Below are positions 17,598 through 24,618 of a DNA stretch of 32,510 nt, piece after piece. The stretch spans positions 1 to 32,510 of the forward strand of contig JAOZMQ010000002.1 of NCBI GenBank assembly GCA_029934195.1. Direction: 5' to 3'. How positions within the stretch are numbered: the stretch's first letter is position 1; every line of letters begins with the position of its first letter. The translations under genes were made by a program, and so were the position numbers. Source of the stretch: Candidatus Cloacimonadota bacterium. Lineage in GTDB: Bacteria > Cloacimonadota > Cloacimonadia > Cloacimonadales > JAOZMQ01. Below the pieces are notes generated by a model, which was not told where the DNA came from, searched no databases, and saw nothing but the letters and a program-made list of their open reading frames with translations.

Positions 17598-19714
17598 TGC
17601 ATCAAAATTTATCGAGTGTAGAAGATAAAGCTAATGGAAAAATATTAGATTTCGAATTAATGAAAAGATTGGTTAAATATCTAAAACCATATATTAAATA
17701 TGTAATTATATCATTTTTATTATTATTATTAGTTTCAGGTACAGTTTTAATAAGACCTTTTATTTCAAAATATACAGTTGATAATTTTATTGTTTCTGAT
17801 AAAAATGCTATTAGATTTAATGATAAAGAGAAATTTGAAAATTTTATTAAAAATCACAAAGAAATAAATTTTACTAAATATGAAATGGAAAATAAATACT
17901 ATCTTATTTTTTCAAATAGTAAAATGAGAATGATAAAAAAAAGTACTTTAAATGAAGTACTTGAAGTAAATAAATTTTTCAATAAGATACAGTTAATTAA
18001 AAAGAATAACACTAATCTTGAAATTTTAAAAGATTTATTATATGAAGAATTATCTGATGAATTAATTCTATTAGAACAAAAAAATCTTGAAAAATGGAGA
18101 AAAGAAGGAATTTTATCTGTCAAAGAGATTAAAATTCTCAGAAAAAACGATATTTTCAATCTAAAAATATTTGGATTAATATTTTTTGGATTAATTTTTA
18201 TAGAATTTATAGCAACTTATTTCCAAATTTACTTTATAAATTATGCTTCACAACATGCAATGTTTGATTTAAGAAAGGATATTTTTAGTCATGTTTCCAA
18301 AATGCCGCTATCTTTTTTTGATAAAAATCCAGTAGGAAAACTTGTTACAAGAATTACAAATGATGTTAGAACTCTTGATGAAATGTTGAGCAATGGTTTA
18401 ATTTCTTTAATACAACAATTCTTTATTTTATTTGGAATAATTATAGTTTTGCTTATTGTAAATTGGAGACTTGCTTTGGTAGCATTTTCTGTTCTTCCAT
18501 TTGTAACACTTTTATTTGTTCTTTTTATTAAAAAAACTCGAATAATTTATCGTGAAGTAAGAAAACGTGTTGCAAAAATAAATACTGCATTTTCAGAAGA
18601 TATTTCAGGTGTAAAAATCATTCAATTATTTAATCAAATTGAACGTAAAACAAAAAAATTCTCTGAAATAAATAGAGATTATTACAAAACTTCTTTGAAA
18701 CAATTAAGATTATTTGCTTTTTTTAGACCGCTAATTAATTCAACACGTCGAATTGGAGGTGCTTTAATTTTGTGGTACGGAGGAGGTCAAATACTTGAGA
18801 ATGTAATGTCATTTGGAACTTTTATATTCTTTACAAGTAATCTTGATATGTTTTTTGAACCTATAAATAGATTAAGTGAACAATTTAATATTTTGCAAGC
18901 AGCAATGTCCGGTATTGAAAGAATTTTTAATCTTACTGATAAAAAACCGGAAGATTATCGAAAAGAGAAAATCGGAAATACTAAAATAAAAGGTGAAATT
19001 GAATTTAAAAATCTTACAATGAGATATAATAAAAATGGAGATATTTTAAAGAATGTATCATTTAAAATTAAAGCAGGAGAAAAAGTTGCTTTGGTTGGTC
19101 ATACAGGATCTGGTAAAACTTCTATTATTAGTTTATTGGCTGGAATGTATTCTTTTCAGAAAGGAAGTATTAAGATTGATGGAAAAGAGTTAAAAGATTA
19201 TTCTTTGGAAAATATTAGAAGAAGTATTGGAATTGTTCAACAGGATGTTTTTTTATTTTCCGGAACTATTAAAGATAATATTGTTTTATCTAACAAAAAT
19301 ATTTCTGATGATGAAATGAAGAAAGTTGCCAAATATGTAAATGTTGATAAATTTATTGATAAACTACCGGAAAAATATTTAGAACCGGTTATGGAAAGAG
19401 GTGCAACATTTTCTGTAGGACAAAGACAATTAATAGCTTTTGCGAGAGTTTTAGCATATAACCCTTCAATTTTTGTTTTAGATGAAGCAACCTCCAATAT
19501 TGACACTGATACCGAATTATTGATTCAAGATGCTTTACAAAAACTTATGGAAAATAGAACTTCAATAATTATTGCCCATAGATTATCTACAATTCAACAT
19601 GTTGATAGAATAATTGTACTTCATAAAGGAGAAATAAAAGAAATTGGAACACATCAAGAACTTCTTAAAAATAAAGGTTTATATTATGACCTTTACAGAT
19701 TACAATACACATAA
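17597..19714 (+). CDS. ABC exporter half-transporter (TMD-NBD), consensus-site partner with an enlarged TM1-TM2 extracytoplasmic loop
   Basis: 705 aa. The ATG overlaps the upstream TAA by 1 nt. Walker A is GHTGSGKTS, Walker B VLDEATSNID is canonical, and the signature FSVGQRQLIAFARV is non-canonical. There are about 115 extra residues between TM1 and TM2 compared with the partner. Confidence 0.9.
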   Translation: MHQNLSSVEDKANGKILDFELMKRLVKYLKPYIKYVIISFLLLLLVSGTVLIRPFISKYTVDNFIVSDKNAIRFNDKEKFENFIKNHKEINFTKYEMENKYYLIFSNSKMRMIKKSTLNEVLEVNKFFNKIQLIKKNNTNLEILKDLLYEELSDELILLEQKNLEKWRKEGILSVKEIKILRKNDIFNLKIFGLIFFGLIFIEFIATYFQIYFINYASQHAMFDLRKDIFSHVSKMPLSFFDKNPVGKLVTRITNDVRTLDEMLSNGLISLIQQFFILFGIIIVLLIVNWRLALVAFSVLPFVTLLFVLFIKKTRIIYREVRKRVAKINTAFSEDISGVKIIQLFNQIERKTKKFSEINRDYYKTSLKQLRLFAFFRPLINSTRRIGGALILWYGGGQILENVMSFGTFIFFTSNLDMFFEPINRLSEQFNILQAAMSGIERIFNLTDKKPEDYRKEKIGNTKIKGEIEFKNLTMRYNKNGDILKNVSFKIKAGEKVALVGHTGSGKTSIISLLAGMYSFQKGSIKIDGKELKDYSLENIRRSIGIVQQDVFLFSGTIKDNIVLSNKNISDDEMKKVAKYVNVDKFIDKLPEKYLEPVMERGATFSVGQRQLIAFARVLAYNPSIFVLDEATSNIDTDTELLIQDALQKLMENRTSIIIAHRLSTIQHVDRIIVLHKGEIKEIGTHQELLKNKGLYYDLYRLQYT

Positions 19715-19720
19715 AGAATT

Positions 19721-20977
19721 ATGAAAAAAATATTTATTTTCTTGGTAATTTTCATTGTTGTAATCAGTTGTGGAAAAAAAAATGAGATAAAAAATGCTTC
19801 ATTTGATGATTCAACAAAAGTTGATGCTATAGATTCTTTAATTGATTCTATCATCACGAAAAAATTAGAATTGAATCAGCCGATTATGTTAGATGAAATT
19901 GTAATGAATGATAGTGTTAATAGTAAAAAGTTATCCAAAACAAATAATATTTCCAAAGATTATGTAAAAGGTCTTTATTTAAGTGCTTATACTATTGTTT
20001 CAAAAAGATCCAAAACTATCATTGATAGTGCGTATTTAGCAGGAATAAATACAATAATTTTTGATTTGAAAAATATGAATGGTGATGTTTTTATTGATCT
20101 TCCGGATTCATTGGATTTTCTTAATCATAATGAAATCAGAATTGTCGATATTGATAAAATTGTTAAAAAAATTCATAGTTACGATATGAAAGCAGTTGCA
20201 AGAATTGTAATGTTTCATGATCAATATATTGCTGGAAATGATTTTGATATGCGTCCTCAAAATATAAATGGTGGTGTTTGGGTTGAAAGTAAAAGGAAAA
20301 AACCTTCTTGGTTAGATTCATCAAATCCATTTGTACAAAATGATTTATTGAAAATTATTAAACTTGTTGCTGAAACTTCTATAGATGAAATTCAAATGGA
20401 TTATGTACGATTTCCAACACAAGGAAATTTAAGTGAAGCTCAGTTTTATTTTCAAAAACAAGATGAAATAAATTCTTATAATGACTCTTTATATATTAAA
20501 CGAAATAAATATGATGTAATAAAAGAGTTTGTAAAGAGAGCTCATAATATTTGTAGTAAATATCAAGTAAAATTAACTGCAGATGTTTTTGCAATAGTTG
20601 CTTGGCAAAGAAAAATTGATTATAAAAATACGGGTCAAAAGCTTGAATTGATGACAGATTATCTTGATATGATTCATCCTATGATTTATCCATCACATTT
20701 TGTATCAAATTTCAATCATCGAGATAATGTGGAAAATGAGCCATATCAAATTTTGTATCAAGGAACAAAATTGACAGTGAAACATTCAAATAAAAAATGT
20801 AAAGTGGTTCCATATATTCAGGCTTTCAATTGGAAATCTAATTATAAAAAAGAATATTTATTTGCTCAAATTGATGCAATAAAAAATTCTGGTGGTGATG
20901 GATATATTTTATGGAATGCTCAAAATAGATATTTAGAAACTTTAAGTTGGATTATTGAGAAAAAAAAAGGGGATTAA
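19721..20977 (+). CDS. Lipoprotein with a glycoside-hydrolase-like TIM-barrel domain (DUF4015/COG1306-like)
   Basis: 418 aa with a lipobox (VVISC). The motif IDEIQMDYVRFP and the overall pattern resemble the 'putative glycoside hydrolase' DUF4015 family. It starts 6 nt after the ABC gene stop. Confidence 0.5.
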   Translation: MKKIFIFLVIFIVVISCGKKNEIKNASFDDSTKVDAIDSLIDSIITKKLELNQPIMLDEIVMNDSVNSKKLSKTNNISKDYVKGLYLSAYTIVSKRSKTIIDSAYLAGINTIIFDLKNMNGDVFIDLPDSLDFLNHNEIRIVDIDKIVKKIHSYDMKAVARIVMFHDQYIAGNDFDMRPQNINGGVWVESKRKKPSWLDSSNPFVQNDLLKIIKLVAETSIDEIQMDYVRFPTQGNLSEAQFYFQKQDEINSYNDSLYIKRNKYDVIKEFVKRAHNICSKYQVKLTADVFAIVAWQRKIDYKNTGQKLELMTDYLDMIHPMIYPSHFVSNFNHRDNVENEPYQILYQGTKLTVKHSNKKCKVVPYIQAFNWKSNYKKEYLFAQIDAIKNSGGDGYILWNAQNRYLETLSWIIEKKKGD

Positions 20978-20991
20978 TCCCCTAAAAATTA
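20960..20991 (-). terminator. Intrinsic terminator for purE, possibly bidirectional (GGGGATTAATCCCC hairpin followed by T9 on the minus strand)
   Basis: A perfect 14-nt palindrome lies at 20969-20982. On the minus strand it follows the purE stop by 6 nt and is followed by nine T (the A-run at 20960-20968). The TAA of the plus-strand gene (20975-20977) sits in the loop. Confidence 0.55.
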
Positions 20992-21438
20992 TTTTGCTAA
21001 ATCAGCTTTATATTGTTTAAATTTTGTTGCGACCTTACTATTTGATAAACCAATTATTTGAGCTGCAAGAAGTGCTGAATTTTTTGCTCCATCAATAGCA
21101 ACTGTTGCTACTGGAACACCTGTTGGCATTTGTACAATTGATAGAAGAGCATCTTCTCCAGATAAATTTGGTCCTTTCAAAGGAACACCAATTACAGGTA
21201 AAACTGTGTGTGAAGCGAGAACTCCAGGTAAATGTGCAGCCATTCCGGCAGCTGCAATAATAACTTTAATACCATCTTTTTCCGCATCTTTTGCTAATTT
21301 TGCAGTTTGTATTGGTTTTCTATGCGCAGATGAAATATAGAAATCGTATTCAATTTCCATTAATTCCAAAAACTCTTTAATTTTTTCTCCATGAATAATA
21401 TCTGACTTACTTCCAAGTATAACTCTTACTAAAGGCAT
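20989..21438 (-). CDS. purE: N5-carboxyaminoimidazole ribonucleotide mutase / AIR carboxylase catalytic subunit (PurE family)
   Basis: 149 aa with the motifs VRVILGSKSD, SAHRKP and IIAAAGMAAHLPGVLASHTVLPVIGVP, the classic PurE pattern. Confidence 0.85.
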   Translation of the reverse strand: MPLVRVILGSKSDIIHGEKIKEFLELMEIEYDFYISSAHRKPIQTAKLAKDAEKDGIKVIIAAAGMAAHLPGVLASHTVLPVIGVPLKGPNLSGEDALLSIVQMPTGVPVATVAIDGAKNSALLAAQIIGLSNSKVATKFKQYKADLAK

Positions 21439-21489
21439 TTTTTCTCCATTTTGGGATAATTTTGTCTAATAAACCCAATTTGATTTTTT

Positions 21490-22152
21490 TTAATAATTTC
21501 TTGTTAAAATTTCTGAAATTTCTTCTTGTGTAGTTGCATTTCTTAAATCATTTAAATTTTTTTTATTCATTAATAATTTTGATAGGTAAGATAATGAGAA
21601 TAAATGTTGTTTGTCATTATGAAGTAATAACATAAAAAACAAAGTAATAGGTTGGTTATCAGGTGAATCAAATTCAACAGGTTCAATTGTTTTTCCAAAA
21701 AGAATAGCAGGTTTTTTAATTTTTGATGGATGCATGTGTCGAGGATGTAAAAAAACAACACCATTACCAACAGCAGTTGAAATTAATTCTTCTCGTGCAA
21801 TAATTACTTCATATAACCAGCGATGGTCACGCACAATTTTTAATGATTTTGCAAATTTAGACAATCTTGCAATTGCTTCATATTTGTTTTCAGCTTCAAT
21901 ATCAAAAGTAACATAAGAAGGGTCAAAATAATCATTAAAACGACAAATGGTTCTTTTTAATGCAAACTGTTCTTCTTCATGTGAATTGAGATTTTCTATC
22001 CATTCATCAATTTCATTTTTATCTATTTTTTTTGTTCTTCCACTGGTCACTAAATTCAGTATTCCAGAATTGAGCATTTCTTCAAGAACCTTTTTGTTAA
22101 TCTTCAAATAGGTAATTGCTTCTTTTTTAGTTATCAGCTTTTTCTTTTCCAT
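21490..22152 (-). CDS. Fusion protein: N-terminal excisionase/MerR-type HTH plus a PTS EIIA type-2 (PtsN/fructose-type) domain
   Basis: 220 aa. The N-terminus ITKKEAITYLKINKKVLEEMLNSG looks like an HTH_17-type motif. The C-terminal 150 aa follow the EIIA-2 pattern (AENKYEAIARL..., AREELISTAVGNGVVFLHPRH with the candidate phospho-His, and PITLFFMLLL). Confidence 0.6.
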   Translation of the reverse strand: MEKKKLITKKEAITYLKINKKVLEEMLNSGILNLVTSGRTKKIDKNEIDEWIENLNSHEEEQFALKRTICRFNDYFDPSYVTFDIEAENKYEAIARLSKFAKSLKIVRDHRWLYEVIIAREELISTAVGNGVVFLHPRHMHPSKIKKPAILFGKTIEPVEFDSPDNQPITLFFMLLLHNDKQHLFSLSYLSKLLMNKKNLNDLRNATTQEEISEILTRNY

Positions 22153-22180
22153 CTTAATTAACCTCTTTTGTTTTTTTTAT

Positions 22181-22209
22181 ATTTTGTGATTTAAAGGATT
22201 TTTTGTCAA
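22181..22209 (-). promoter_or_regulatory. Candidate promoter of the HTH-EIIA gene (-35 TTGACA, 17-nt spacer, -10 CAAAAT)
   Basis: On the minus strand, TTGACA is the reverse complement of 22204-22209 and CAAAAT of 22181-22186. An AAGAGG SD lies between the -10 and the ATG at 22152. Confidence 0.3.
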
Positions 22210-22232
22210 GTATAAGAAGTAATTTCTTGACA
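22204..22232. promoter_or_regulatory. Inverted repeat TGTCAAG-N15-CTTGACA in a divergent intergenic region; candidate operator
   Basis: Perfect 7-nt arms lie at 22204-22210 and 22226-22232. Each arm contains a TTGACA -35-like hexamer pointing outward toward one of the two divergent genes. Confidence 0.3.
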
Positions 22233-22261
22233 GTATATAAGTATAAAATAGTTGCACATAT

Positions 22262-22768
22262 ATGAAAAAGCAAATTTTTATATTATATTGGATTGTTTTT
22301 AGTGTTATTGGTTGTACATATTCTGTTTATATGTCATCGTTTCCTCATTTAAAAACCATTAGGATAATGACTTTTGATAATGAAACTTTAGAGTATGGAA
22401 TTGAAGAAGAATTGCATAATGATTTAGTAAATAGATTTCAAAAAGGAAATTTATTGAAAAATGTAGAGTTATCGCCTGATTGTCAATTGGAAGGAACTAT
22501 AATTTCATATAAAAAGGAAATCAAAGATTATAACTCAGGTATTATTGATTATGAATTAGTAGTAAAATTTAGTGTAATATTGACAGATTTAGTAAAAAAT
22601 AAAGAAATTTTAAAAAAGGAAAATATCCAAATTAAAAAAATATTTTTGAGTGAATCTTCTGAAAATTCAGAATCATCAACTGCTGTATTAACAGAAGATG
22701 AAGCATTGAAAGAAATTTTTGAAGATTTATATAAAAAAATTATGGAAGAATCATTTGAATCTTGGTAG
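22262..22768 (+). CDS. LptE-like LPS-assembly lipoprotein
   Basis: 168 aa with a lipobox (SVIGC). The mature N-terminus CTYSVY...LKTIRIMTFDNETLEYGIEEELHNDLVNRF...LEGTIISY...IDYELVVKFSVILTD follows the LptE family pattern (C-G/T-Y-S, 'f.N.T', 'l.G.I..y', 'eY.l...v.v'). Confidence 0.5.
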   Translation: MKKQIFILYWIVFSVIGCTYSVYMSSFPHLKTIRIMTFDNETLEYGIEEELHNDLVNRFQKGNLLKNVELSPDCQLEGTIISYKKEIKDYNSGIIDYELVVKFSVILTDLVKNKEILKKENIQIKKIFLSESSENSESSTAVLTEDEALKEIFEDLYKKIMEESFESW

Positions 22769-22774
22769 AAAATT

Positions 22775-23542
22775 ATGAAAAAAGAAATAAGAATTAATAA
22801 GTATTTAGCTCAATGTAATCTTGGTTCAAGAAGAAAAGTTGAAGAATTTATTACAAATGGAGTTATTTATGTTAATGGAAAAATTTGTAAAGATCTCTCT
22901 TGCAAAATTGACCCTGAAAATGATGAAGTAAAATATAAGAATAAAATTATTAGCAATGAAGAAGAAAAATTCTATTTGATGTTGAATAAACCAAAAGGAT
23001 ATTTGGTTACTGCCAAAGATGATTTTTCAAGGAAAACCGTTTTTGAATTATTACCGGATTTTGGAGTTAGATTATTTTCAATTGGTAGGTTAGATTACCA
23101 AACGGAAGGATTGTTATTGTTAACAAATGATGGTGATTTTGCTAATAAGATTATTCATCCGAAATATAAATTACCAAAAGTTTATAAAGTGACAATTAAA
23201 GGTAAAATTTCTGAAGAAAATATTATTAAATTACAAAAAGGTGTGAAGATTGAAGGGAAGATGACTCAACCTGCAAAAGTTTTTATTAAAAAGGAAAATC
23301 AAGGTTCTACTGTTTTGAGAATGACAATATTTGAAGGAATGAAACGGCAAATCAGGTATATGATAAAAGCTGTTGGTAGTGAAGTTTTAGATTTGAAAAG
23401 ATTGCAAATCGGAAACGTTCGTCTAACAAAATTGCCTGTTGGAATGTGGAGACAATTAAAACCGTCAGAAATCATTTCTTTAAGAAATTTTAAACCAAAA
23501 CATACAGTATTATCTGATAGATTTAAAAAAGAGGAAAAATGA
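22775..23542 (+). CDS. Pseudouridine synthase, RsuA/RluB family (S4 domain plus catalytic domain)
   Basis: 255 aa. The N-terminal S4 domain reads RINKYLAQCNLGSRRKVEEFI, and the catalytic motif GRLDYQTEGLLLLTNDG contains the conserved Asp. Confidence 0.85.
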   Translation: MKKEIRINKYLAQCNLGSRRKVEEFITNGVIYVNGKICKDLSCKIDPENDEVKYKNKIISNEEEKFYLMLNKPKGYLVTAKDDFSRKTVFELLPDFGVRLFSIGRLDYQTEGLLLLTNDGDFANKIIHPKYKLPKVYKVTIKGKISEENIIKLQKGVKIEGKMTQPAKVFIKKENQGSTVLRMTIFEGMKRQIRYMIKAVGSEVLDLKRLQIGNVRLTKLPVGMWRQLKPSEIISLRNFKPKHTVLSDRFKKEEK

Positions 23543-24618
23543 AAATTGGATTAATTGGATTACAAAATTCAGGAAAAACAACAATATTTAACGCTTTGAC
23601 AAATTCTAATATTGAAGTGACTTCATATTCTTCAATGCAAAATGAAATGAATATGGCAGTTGTAGAAGTTTTAGATGAGAGAATAAATAAATTAACAGAA
23701 ATGTATAAACCCAAAAAAACAATTTTTGCACATATTGATTATGTTGATTTTGGAGGTTTTTCAGAAGGTGCTGCAAAATCAGGATTATTTTCTCCGGAAT
23801 TAATGGGAGTAATAAAAACTACAGATGCTTTGGCAGTTGTTGTTAGAAATTTTGACGATGAAATAATTTCTCAATCTCAAGGTAAACCTAATCCTCAAAA
23901 CGATATAGATCAAATAGATAGCGAACTTATTATCTCTGATTTAATTGTTGCTGAAAAAAGATTAGAAAAATTACTTCTTAGTTATAAAAGAGGAATAAAA
24001 ACAGCATCGCTTCAAATAGAAGAGAAAGCTTTGAGGAAAATAATTGATGCTCTAAATGAAACGATTCCAATCAGAGATATTGATCTTACAAGTGATGAAG
24101 AGAAGTCTGTTAGAGGTTTTCAGTTTTTAAGTCAGAAACCTATTATGATAATTGTAAATTCAAGTGAAGATAGCGTTAACACTCAAGCGGAATTGATTGA
24201 ATCTTTATCAAAAAACTATAGTGTTATAGAATTTGCCGGAAAATTTGAAATGGAATTAGTTAATCTTTCGGAAGAAGATAAAGAAATGTTTATGGAAGAT
24301 ATGGGAATTACAGAATCTGCCAAAGCAAGGCTCACAAAGTTTTCTTATGATTTATTAGGTTATTTGAGTTTTTTTACCGTTGGAACAGATGAAGTGCGAG
24401 CTTGGACAATTGTTAATGGAAATAATGCGGTTGAAGCTGCTGGTAAAATTCACAGCGATTTAGCACGTGGATTTATCAGAGCTGAATGTTTTTCTTACAA
24501 TGATTTAATGGTTTGTGGTTCAGAAAGAGTTTTACGGGAGAAGGGTCTTTTTAAATTAGAAGGTAAAGATTATAAAGTAAAAGATGGTGATATTTTGAAT
24601 ATTAGGTTTAATGTGTAA
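23539..24618 (+). CDS. ychF: Ribosome-binding ATPase YchF (Obg-like)
   Basis: 359 aa. The G1 motif is MKIGLIGLQNSGKTTIFNALT and the C-terminal TGS-like region is FFTVGTDEVRAWTIVNGNNAVEAAGKIHSDLARGFIRAE. Its ATG overlaps the upstream stop (ATGA). Confidence 0.8.
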   Translation: MKIGLIGLQNSGKTTIFNALTNSNIEVTSYSSMQNEMNMAVVEVLDERINKLTEMYKPKKTIFAHIDYVDFGGFSEGAAKSGLFSPELMGVIKTTDALAVVVRNFDDEIISQSQGKPNPQNDIDQIDSELIISDLIVAEKRLEKLLLSYKRGIKTASLQIEEKALRKIIDALNETIPIRDIDLTSDEEKSVRGFQFLSQKPIMIIVNSSEDSVNTQAELIESLSKNYSVIEFAGKFEMELVNLSEEDKEMFMEDMGITESAKARLTKFSYDLLGYLSFFTVGTDEVRAWTIVNGNNAVEAAGKIHSDLARGFIRAECFSYNDLMVCGSERVLREKGLFKLEGKDYKVKDGDILNIRFNV

